This document shows, piece after piece, positions 24,101-30,367 of a stretch of DNA of 35,803 bases. Made by a program: the position numbers and the translations under genes. The notes beneath the pieces were generated by a model. That model was not told the DNA's origin and did not search any database. It was given only the letters and a program-made list of their open reading frames with translations. The DNA comes from Chloroflexota bacterium (GTDB lineage: Bacteria > Chloroflexota > UBA6077 > JACCZL01): positions 1 to 35,803 of the forward strand of contig JBBQBU010000003.1 of assembly GCA_038318015.1 (NCBI GenBank). The letters are read 5' to 3'. Numbering within the stretch: the first letter of the stretch is position 1; each line of letters starts with the position of its first letter.

Positions 24101-25926
24101 CGGCCGGTGGTGTCGGGTTGGCGGCGGTGCAAATCGCCAAATGGGCCGGAGCCGAGATCTTCGCAACCGCCGGCAGCCCCGAGAAGCGTGCGTATCTGGC
24201 GTCGCTGGGCGTCCAGCACATCATGAATTCGCGATCACTAGAGTTTGCCAATGAGGTCAAGGCGTTGACCGGCGGTCGCGGGGTCGATGTGGTCTTGAAC
24301 TCGCTGGCTGGCGACTTCATCACCAAGAGCATGGAGGCCCTGGCGGAGGATGGGCGCTTCATCGAACTTGGCCGGACCGGCGTCTGGACGCACGACCAGG
24401 CCGCAGCGGTCAAGCCACGCGCCACCTACCACGATCCAGAGTTGATCGATGAGGTCGCAGGTAACCCCGGGCTGATCGCTACGCTGCTCCAGGAGTTGGT
24501 GGCGTTGTTCGACGCGGGAGCGCTCCAACTGCTACCCCGCCGAGATTTTGTGCTCACCGACGCCGAGAGCGCCTTTCGGTACATGGCGCAGGCACGGCAC
24601 ATCGGGAAGATCGTGCTCACGCCGCCAGCTCCGGTCAGTCACTCCGAAGACGGGCAGCCAACGGTGCGGCCAGATGGCACGTACCTCGTGACGGGCGGAC
24701 TTCGTGGGCTGGGGCCGTTAATCGCCCGGCGGCTGGCGGAGCAAGGGGCACGGACCCTGGCACTGGCCGGCCGGCGCGAGCCAGACGAGGACACGCGTGC
24801 CTTGATTGCGGCGCTGGAGGGCCAGGGTGTCCGCGTCGAGGTCATACAGGCTGACGTGTCACAGGCAGCCGATGTGGCGCGGCTGCTGGCTACCATCGAC
24901 CAGACAATGCCGCCCCTACGTGGCATCGTCCACAGTGCGGGGGTGCTCGATGATGGCGTGGTGCTCCAGCAGAATTGGGACCGCTTCCGAACCGTCATGG
25001 CACCAAAGGTTGACGGTTCCTGGCTCCTGCACACCTTGACGACGGGCCGCGAGCTGGACTTCTTCGTCCTCTTCTCGACCTCCGTAGCGGTACTCGGGGC
25101 GGCCGGACAGAGCAACCACGCGGCGGCGAACGCCTTCCTAGACGCACTCGCGCACCATCGTCGGGCGCTCGGCCTGCCTGCATCGAGCATCAACTGGGGT
25201 CCCTGGACCGAGGTGGGCGCTGCCTCTGGGCGGAGCATTAGTGAGCACCTTGCCGCCCAGGGCTACGGTGGCATTCCGGTCGAAGTCGGCCTCGATCTGT
25301 TCTCTGGCCTTCTCAGCGACTCGCCCACCCAGGTTGCAGTTCTGCCAATCCAGTGGTCTCGTTATCTGGGTCGGTCAGAGGGGCGTCGCAACGATCCCTT
25401 CTTCTCATCCATGGTTGTGGAGCATGCGGTTGCGCTGGCGGCACCAGGGGCGGCTGCTCTCGAATCGGCGGCACCCGCAAGCCAGCCGCGCATCCTTCGC
25501 GATCTGGCCGACGCGACGCCCACTCGCCAGCGCTCCCTGCTGATCGAGTACGTGCAAGAACGGGCCGCTGGTGTCCTCGGAGCGGACGCTTCCCAACTGG
25601 ATGCCCGCCGTCCACTCAATGAGTTGGGGCTGGACTCGTTGACTGCGGTGGAACTCCGAAACCTGCTCAGCCGGGGCCTTGATCTCAAGCGTCCGCTCCC
25701 GGCCACGCTGGTCTTTGACTACCCGACTGTCGAGGCCATAGCCGACTATCTGGCCCGCGACGCACTCGCCTTGGCACCCGTCGCGGTACCAGCGGGTGCA
25801 GCGGAAGTGACTCCGGCTCCCGCTGCACAGCGCGGTGGTGAGGTGACATCGCTGCTCGACAACCTCGACGACCTGTCTGACGAGGATGTCGAGCAGCTTC
25901 TGGCCGAGCGTCTAGGCGGCGGATAG
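18106..25926 (+). CDS. Type I cis-AT PKS module PKS-B: dock-KS-AT-DH-cMT-ER-KR-ACP-dock
   Basis: 2606 aa, TTG start after AGGAAG. KS DTACSSS/HGTGT/KTNIGH; AT GHSVG with YASH; DH HEVVEVVVLP and HPALLDACLQ; C-methyltransferase LEIGAGTGG and SNVLHAT; ER IHAAAGGVG; KR GGLRGLG, VLDD, GQSNHAAAN; ACP LGLDSL; C-terminal LDDLSDEDVEQLL. Confidence 0.96.
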   Translation: MNAIDYESRLRSALQTLQRMKARLDVLEKHEVRRTEPIAIIGVGCRFPGGVNDLASYWDLLANGVDAIREIPADRWDAAAYYNADPDAPGQMNTRWGGFLDQIDQFDPEFFGIAPREARKMDPQQRLLLEVAIEALEHAGQPQDRLVNSRTGVFIGVTLSDYLQLQADIDPSEIDAYRLTGNVLNATAGRISYLLGLQGPTIALDTACSSSLVSVHLAVQSLRSGECEMALAGGVNAVLSPEWTITLSKNRMLSPTGRCHTFDASADGLVRGEGCGLIVLKRLSDAQAAGDNILGLIRGSAINHDGPKSGFTVPNKLAQQAVIKDALANAGASPLDIGYVEAHGTGTSLGDPIEVRALAAALGEGRTEEQALVLGSVKTNIGHLESAAGIAGLIKALLCLQHRQIPPHLHLQQPSPFIGWDEMPMIVPTAMRAWQAGSHGQLAGTSSFGASGTNAHVILAAAPETTHEAVPAAEPTDAAWLLPISAHNSAALQARAELFRDLLADEAQQISLRDLCYTASRRRAHLDQRLAVWGSTRQELAEHLGRFARGEDSDGVASGRLDPGQTPRVVFVCAGQGPQWWAMGRDLAAREPVFRAALERCDALLRPLSGWSLLDELGRSEADSRINETEVAQPALVSLQIALSELWRSWGIIPDAVVGHSVGEVAAAQIAGVLSLEDAIHIVYQRGRLMQRATGHGKMASVELSETDALAAIAPWGERISVAVANSPSNSVLSGEPSAVQAVLAVLEQRGVRCRLLQVEYASHSTQMAPYQTELVELLRDVKPRAARMPLISTVTGAQVSGLELDAGYWGRNLRQSVRFASAMTHLISEGYDTFLEVAPHPVLTPSIEACLADAERPGAVLLSLQRGRPERETMLTALGQLYARGLRPDWEPLTAGGHAIDLPAYPWKRRRFWLEPSDRSTRQTAVRAGADAEHPLLGRRVRSPMVEGTLFEAELRAERPGFIGDHEVVEVVVLPGTAYLEIALAGAEAAFGTGSHTLEAVALEEAMVLPEGGVRTVQFHLDEPQAGSAGWQLYGSVDGDRWTRHASGTVRLNGAGLGVSDQFRPEEVQNRCPDEMAADLLYANLRERGLGLGARFRGVERIWRGQDEVLGRIVRPEALAEDVLPYRFHPALLDACLQVAAAAWPGDGAMFLPVGLESLSVFQAPGEQLWCHATLRPQAAGNNETHTADLRVSTLSGALVAMLRGVSFKRVEHGVLVRLLTGTGARFNDWLYEVAWRPVGNLASAAPTASDDLPAPRVLVNAAARSWPEIRRRCDLAHYEQLVPALDALSTTHAVLALRELGCPLQRGQRFSTHTLAEQLGIQPRHLRELARLLQFLEEDGVLRRVGDSWEVIAEPTVIDLGPAWAALRAKYPAARGEIDLTERCGQHLAEALTGRADPLQLLFPGGSLDTAEHLYQDSPVLKAYNTVLQEVVHGVVAAHASSRRLRVLEIGAGTGGTASHLLPLLPADQTEYVFTDVSVLFLARAEEKFSTYPFVRYQLLDIGRDPTAQGLAAEQFDIVVASNVLHATADLQETLSHARTLLAAGGLLLLLENTSRQRWADLTFGLTEGWWAFQDKELRPDYPLISGEAWLVLLGRVGFEGAVAAPGLSQSGGTVLQQVFIAQAPHTPASTALAPNSAPGGWLILADSNGVGERLAAAVTSRGEPSVLVRPGPSFAEIAPGRWEIDPSNSADFERLVRSGSQWRGVVFLWGEGAAPADRTTVASLEQDGRLGTGGALQLVQALVKHADGETPRLFLVTRGAQPIGVPDVLNIAQSPLWGFGRAVDLEHPELRCVRIDLDPAPEADVVPALLAEVRSPDTENQIGHRGGQRFAPRLVRRESLPPAPTAVAEQAIRLTIPEPGALDRMVLEPETRRPPGPGEVEVRVRAIGLNFRDVLVALGMLEGPVAEEPIGYDCAGDIVSVGAGVTAFRIGDAVFGTARGCMGTYVTAPAAPLIAKPDSLTFEDAAAIPSAYLTAYYGLHTLAGLKAGERVLIHAAAGGVGLAAVQIAKWAGAEIFATAGSPEKRAYLASLGVQHIMNSRSLEFANEVKALTGGRGVDVVLNSLAGDFITKSMEALAEDGRFIELGRTGVWTHDQAAAVKPRATYHDPELIDEVAGNPGLIATLLQELVALFDAGALQLLPRRDFVLTDAESAFRYMAQARHIGKIVLTPPAPVSHSEDGQPTVRPDGTYLVTGGLRGLGPLIARRLAEQGARTLALAGRREPDEDTRALIAALEGQGVRVEVIQADVSQAADVARLLATIDQTMPPLRGIVHSAGVLDDGVVLQQNWDRFRTVMAPKVDGSWLLHTLTTGRELDFFVLFSTSVAVLGAAGQSNHAAANAFLDALAHHRRALGLPASSINWGPWTEVGAASGRSISEHLAAQGYGGIPVEVGLDLFSGLLSDSPTQVAVLPIQWSRYLGRSEGRRNDPFFSSMVVEHAVALAAPGAAALESAAPASQPRILRDLADATPTRQRSLLIEYVQERAAGVLGADASQLDARRPLNELGLDSLTAVELRNLLSRGLDLKRPLPATLVFDYPTVEAIADYLARDALALAPVAVPAGAAEVTPAPAAQRGGEVTSLLDNLDDLSDEDVEQLLAERLGGG

Positions 25927-25934
25927 GGGGAAGA

Positions 25935-26723
25935 TTAAGGCATCAGCCGGGCGGACGGCGGCACCACCCCTGCCAGCGAGCGGTTGATCTCGGTCAACAG
26001 CTCCTGGCGGGCGGTTTGGAGGTAGAAGTGGCCGCCAGGAAACAACTTCGGCTCCTTAGGCTTCGTGGTATGGATCGCCCAGCCCATCAGGTCCGTAACG
26101 GGAACGCTGGTGTCGTCGATTCCACCGAACACGCTGATCGGGCAATCGAGCGGCTCCTCCTCAACCCACGAGTGGGTCTCGAAGATCTTCACGTCAGCCC
26201 GCAGAATCGGCATATACAGGCTGAGCATCTCGGGATCCTGGCGAATGAGATCCGGGATGCCGTTGTAGCGCCGCGCTAGTTCGTCCAGGAACATCTCGTC
26301 AGGCAGGCTGTGGATCGGCCCGAACCTCGGCGGCAAATGCGGTGCACGGCGCGCGGAGATGAAGAGGTGGGCCGGTTGCAGCCCGTAGCGCCGTCGCAAC
26401 GTCCGCACAAGTTCAAAGCCAACCAGCCCGCCGAGGCTATGCCCGAAGATCGCGAACGGCTCTTTAAGGTAGCCGGCCAGCGCTTCAGCCAGTTGCTCGA
26501 TCAAGGTGTCCATCTGATTCAGCGGTGTCTCGCGCAGGCGGTTCTCGCGCCCCGGTAGCTGGATCGGACACAACTCGATCTCTGGCGGCAACAGCCGTGC
26601 CCAGGAAAAATATTGAGACGCGCCGCCACCAGCGTTCGGCAGACAGAGGAGCGGCATTCCGCCCCGATGCGCTTTGTGCGGGCGAGCGAACCAGGCTTCG
26701 ACGAATGGAACGGGTACGGTCAA
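25935..26723 (-). CDS. Type II (editing) thioesterase
   Basis: 262 aa. LCLPNAGGGAS, IQLPGRENR, GHSLG, PILRAD and FPGGHFY. Convergent with PKS-B, with only 8 bp between the stops. Confidence 0.93.
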   Translation of the reverse strand: MTVPVPFVEAWFARPHKAHRGGMPLLCLPNAGGGASQYFSWARLLPPEIELCPIQLPGRENRLRETPLNQMDTLIEQLAEALAGYLKEPFAIFGHSLGGLVGFELVRTLRRRYGLQPAHLFISARRAPHLPPRFGPIHSLPDEMFLDELARRYNGIPDLIRQDPEMLSLYMPILRADVKIFETHSWVEEEPLDCPISVFGGIDDTSVPVTDLMGWAIHTTKPKEPKLFPGGHFYLQTARQELLTEINRSLAGVVPPSARLMP

Positions 26724-26786
26724 ATTACTGATCCGTGGTGAGAGTACGCGCCGCCAAGCGGTAACAGTCGTGCGAGCGGCAGCTCC

Positions 26787-28679
26787 TCAGCGGGGCGGGA
26801 TGATGGGCAGTGTAACGTACGAAGCGTAGTCGACACTTCGCAGCACATTGATCGTGGGGGCTGGTGACACTTCTGGGGTCTGCGCCGAGCCTTTATCCGC
26901 GCCAGTGATCGTCAACCGGATGCGATGGCCGGCTTTGACAAGATAGGACGTTGATGTGAGGCTGAAGACCAACTCTGTTGGAGTCGAGGGGGATGGGAGC
27001 GGCGCGGCGTCCGTTGTGAGGCCACTATGGTAGGGCAAGTCGAAGTTCTCGTACGGCGGCTTGGAGAGCGCACGATGCGAGGCGCGTAGGGCACCGTCAC
27101 TGATCGGCCGCGAGGTTCCCGTCTCATCGACATGCTGCAGGAACGCGAAGAAATCACCGTCTGGCGCGCTCGACGTAATCCAGAGATGCAAGACTGGGTA
27201 ACCGGTGATTTCCGTATCCGCCGTCAATAGTTCACTCGTATAGGTGAGGCCCGCCTTGTCAAGCGCCGTCATGTCGCCTTTTCGTGGCTGCCCCGGCGAT
27301 GTCGGGAAGGCCCAGCGGCTGGCCTGACCGCTGGTGACATCGTAGTCAACAGTGTACGCATCGGAGGCGCGCGGCTCCGTCGGCGGCTGCGGCCCCAACA
27401 GGCCATCATTTGCCGATTTGATGGTCATGGTCGGGCCGCTGCGCAGGTAGAAGGGGGTGGGCTGGCTGTTTGGGAGCGGCCAATCATTGGTCGACCGCCA
27501 CTCCTGACCGGCCGGTGCGCCAATCGTAAAGTAGGTGATGGGCGGCCCCGTCATCACCCCGTTGTTGATGCCCTTGAGCCAGTAATCGAACCAGCGAAGA
27601 TGCTCTGCGCCGTCGTAGCTACTGAGGTTATCGTCGTGATACCAGGGGCCAATAAGTATCTTCTGCGGATTGTCGACGTTGGCGTACCAGAGGAGCGCGT
27701 CACCGTCGAGTAGGTCGTACCAGCCGGCAAGATGGTAGATCGGGATCTTCGAGCTGCTGATCTCGCCGATCAGCGAATGCGGTGACCCGACCAACCAGGG
27801 TGGACCCCCGGTGGCGTCGACCCGACTGTCCCGAAAGGGCAACGCTGTACCCGCAGCGACTCCGTACGTATTCTGCTGATGGTCCTTCACCGCCTCGGCC
27901 AGCAGTTTTCCTTCTGGGTCGTCATCGACGGGGACTGCTCCATGCCCCTGGTCAATCCACTTCATCAGCAACGCGACGGCAGGAAGAAAGCCAACGCGTG
28001 GAATGCCACCATCGACGATGTCGGCGTATGAATCGAACGCCGCCATCTCAGGAAAGATTGCGCGCAGATGCGGTGGGCGCGTCGAGGCGGCGATAAATTG
28101 TGCCTGGCCCAGGTACGAGCGACCGATCATGCCGATATTGCCATCCGACCAGGGCTGGGCCGCGAGCCACTCAGTCACGTCGAAGGTATCAGCGACAGCC
28201 GCTGGCGCCATGATGCCGCGATCAGTGCCGAATGAGGCGCCCGAACCCCGCGCATCCACGGCCACGATGACATAGTTCTGCGCCAGGAGGTTGCGCAGCC
28301 AGGGGAGTTCTTCGACGACGGTCTTCAGCTTTCCGAACACGAGCGAGGCGCGCAGATACCGGTGAAGAATCCAGATCACCGGCAGTGGTCGTGTCTCGAC
28401 TGCGCCGTTGCGAACCGGCCGAAGAATGTCGGCAGCCAGGCGCGTGCCGTCGCGAACCGTGATGTAGCGTGATTCCCTCACCCAGGCAGTGCCCTGGCTT
28501 GTTTCCCCGCCGCCGGACTGGTTCTTGGCAACTGCGACCAGGGTGCATGTCGCGGTGAGTCCGAAGCCTGCCATTGCGATGAGGAACCCGCGCCGACGGA
28601 GCCTCGTTCGCTTGGGCGAACGTCGCTGCACAGAGCGATGCGTTTGGTTCAAGATCTCAACTCCAGGGAGTGCAGCCAC
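26787..28679 (-). CDS. CocE/NonD-family (peptidase S15-like) hydrolase with a Tat-like signal peptide
   Basis: 630 aa. VRDGTRLAADI, DARGSGASFG, QPWSDGNIGMIGRSYLG (Ser), GWYD (Asp), GPWYH (His) and a C-terminal PepX_C-like domain. N-terminal RRRGFL followed by a hydrophobic stretch. Exact start uncertain. Confidence 0.9.
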   Translation of the reverse strand: MAALPGVEILNQTHRSVQRRSPKRTRLRRRGFLIAMAGFGLTATCTLVAVAKNQSGGGETSQGTAWVRESRYITVRDGTRLAADILRPVRNGAVETRPLPVIWILHRYLRASLVFGKLKTVVEELPWLRNLLAQNYVIVAVDARGSGASFGTDRGIMAPAAVADTFDVTEWLAAQPWSDGNIGMIGRSYLGQAQFIAASTRPPHLRAIFPEMAAFDSYADIVDGGIPRVGFLPAVALLMKWIDQGHGAVPVDDDPEGKLLAEAVKDHQQNTYGVAAGTALPFRDSRVDATGGPPWLVGSPHSLIGEISSSKIPIYHLAGWYDLLDGDALLWYANVDNPQKILIGPWYHDDNLSSYDGAEHLRWFDYWLKGINNGVMTGPPITYFTIGAPAGQEWRSTNDWPLPNSQPTPFYLRSGPTMTIKSANDGLLGPQPPTEPRASDAYTVDYDVTSGQASRWAFPTSPGQPRKGDMTALDKAGLTYTSELLTADTEITGYPVLHLWITSSAPDGDFFAFLQHVDETGTSRPISDGALRASHRALSKPPYENFDLPYHSGLTTDAAPLPSPSTPTELVFSLTSTSYLVKAGHRIRLTITGADKGSAQTPEVSPAPTINVLRSVDYASYVTLPIIPPR

Positions 28680-28763
28680 GAGATGGCACGGTTAAGACTT
28701 CAGGGGTTGACATCCCTGCACTCCCAGGTCAGGTCACCTAGCTAGGATATCAAGATCCCGGAT

Positions 28764-28784
28764 GCGCCAAATATGATTTGGCGC
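28764..28784. promoter_or_regulatory. Operator-like inverted repeat GCGCCAAAT-N3-ATTTGGCGC upstream of the CocE-TEII genes
   Basis: Perfect 9-bp arms with a 3-nt spacer, about 85 nt upstream of the CocE start. Confidence 0.35.
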
Positions 28785-28930
28785 GTGGGTCACGACGCTC
28801 CATCCAACGGCGCCACGAGTACGATGTGGCGCCGGCCCTCGAAGGCGGCCGGACTGGACAAAGGCGACGGCCTACGTGGACCGGGCGGCGAGGCAGCCGT
28901 CGTGGTCACAGCTCGCTACGTCAAAGAGAT

Positions 28931-28984
28931 CAGATATCGAGCAACAGGGCTGTCGCTAGCGACAGCCCTGTTGCTTGATATCTG
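28931..28984. repeat. 54-bp spacerless near-perfect palindrome
   Basis: CAGATATCGAGCAACAGGGCTGTCGCT|AGCGACAGCCCTGTTGCTTGATATCTG; 26 of 27 pairs match and the centre is CTAG. Confidence 0.95.
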
Positions 28985-29028
28985 CCAGGATCATCGGTAT
29001 CCGGACCGCTAGACCGCGGCCAGGTGGG

Positions 29029-29751
29029 TCACCACCCCGACTTCTCGGCGTTGCCGGACCTGATCAATCGCCAGGTTCTGCCGTCGGGCGTGGCAAGAGA
29101 GACATCCGGATAGTGATCTTGCAAGTACTGAACAACCGCCTGCGCCACGCCGGGCAACGGGAGATCGTCTCCGCAGATCGATCCGTTCGGCAGGAGGAGC
29201 GCCGTCCATGCGTCGATATCTGCGCGCACATCCGGGGCCTCGTGATTGCCATCAATGAAGGCGAATGCGATCGGACCGTGCGACCATACTTTGGCGGCGT
29301 CCAGGCTCGGCGAGCGAATCACCTCTAACCACGGCTCGACACGAAATCGGCGGCGGTTTCGCAGGAAGCGCTGGTAGGCTACTTCGAGCGAACTGAGTCC
29401 TTGCTCTTTCAGCCACGCATTGACACCCTGACCGTTTTCCGAATAGTCGTGCCAGGGATCGATGGCATAGACCTTCTTGCTCGTGCCACGACAAGCGATC
29501 GCCATCGCGATCGCTGTCCGCCCCTGCCAGACACCAGTCTCAACGATCTGGCTACCATCAGGCAGGCTGGCGACCAGATCGTGCAGAAAGCGGAGCTGAT
29601 CCGGCGTGGAGAAGCCGTCTACCAGTGACATCTGATCGAGTCCCATAGGCTCGGACCCGTGACGTGCCACGCGCGCAGCCACAAACGCCTCTCGAACCTG
29701 AGGATAGATCCGTAAGCGTTTACAGATACTGACTAAGCTTGTTCGAAGCAT
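29029..29751 (-). CDS. Class I SAM-dependent methyltransferase (Methyltransf_24-like)
   Basis: 240 aa. IVETGVWQGRT, YAIDPW, FAFIDGNH and ICGDD. Start uncertain, because the IS256 remnant end lies just upstream. Confidence 0.85.
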   Translation of the reverse strand: MLRTSLVSICKRLRIYPQVREAFVAARVARHGSEPMGLDQMSLVDGFSTPDQLRFLHDLVASLPDGSQIVETGVWQGRTAIAMAIACRGTSKKVYAIDPWHDYSENGQGVNAWLKEQGLSSLEVAYQRFLRNRRRFRVEPWLEVIRSPSLDAAKVWSHGPIAFAFIDGNHEAPDVRADIDAWTALLLPNGSICGDDLPLPGVAQAVVQYLQDHYPDVSLATPDGRTWRLIRSGNAEKSGW

Positions 29752-29756
29752 CAGAA

Positions 29757-30058
29757 GAACAGTGTCCCGTCAGATGTGTCAAGGAGGGTTGGTGCGACCC
29801 TTTTCGAGGCTGTAAAGCTGACGTGGCGGGGGCCGAGTTCCACGTATCGTGCTGCCGTGCTAGGACCGAACCGACGACGGGCATGACCGGCGCGTCGTTC
29901 GGGAATATGCCGACAACCTTGGTGCGGCGCTTGATCGCCTGCATGAGCCATTCGAGCGGGTTGCTCGACTCGTGTATGCGCCAGGGCCATGCTCGCCATG
30001 TCGGCCATCGTCGTCGTACTCTCGCTCACGATCCACAAAATTTGAGTCGACACCATCC
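29757..30058 (-). mobile_element. Internally deleted IS256-family element (about 300 bp, both ends retained)
   Basis: Minus strand: left end GGATGGTGTCGACTCAAAT, then MADMASMALA (transposase-like N-terminus) joined out of frame to SSNPLEWLMQAIKRRTKVVGIFPND...LARQHDTW (IS256 C-terminal motif). The other end reads GAACAGTGTCCCGTCAGAT on +. No target duplication visible. Confidence 0.75.
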
Positions 30059-30367
30059 AAGGCTGACCGTATCTGCCCACCGATTCACTCGCATCCGAGA
30101 CCGCCAGCATCGGCGAACCTGGGGCTATCTTATCGCGAGCATATTGCTCGGGGCAATCATGCGGACCTGCTGCATGGTAGTGGAGGACACGGTTGTCCGG
30201 TGGGGAGCTTCGGCGAGGTTGGCCGCTTGGCCCTGGCCGAGCGGCGAAGACTATACTCGGCCCGAGCAAACCGTCGGGGCCGTCGCGGACTGATTCAGAT
30301 TGGCAGGACGTGCGCCCGCTTCCTGATCGTCGCCACAACATGGTGTTGCCTGGAAAGAGGACTTAGG

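Noticed and set aside
25935-26723. TEII as the dedicated terminal release enzyme
   Set aside because: Motifs are those of a standard editing type II TE and it is in a separate transcription unit from the NRPS. Release by it is not excluded, only less favoured.
28684-28692. TGGCACGGT shared with 12542-12550 as a common regulatory or sigma54 site
   Set aside because: This copy lacks the GC at the -12 position and points away from the CocE gene; a single shared 9-mer is weak evidence.
28773-29012. Small ORFs between CocE and the methyltransferase
   Set aside because: No recognisable motif or convincing RBS, and they run through the palindrome.
29972-30367. 132-aa N-terminal extension of the SBBP ORF in the ORF track
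   Set aside because: It starts inside the IS256 remnant and would bury the lipoprotein signal; ATG 30368 fits the signal and lipobox.
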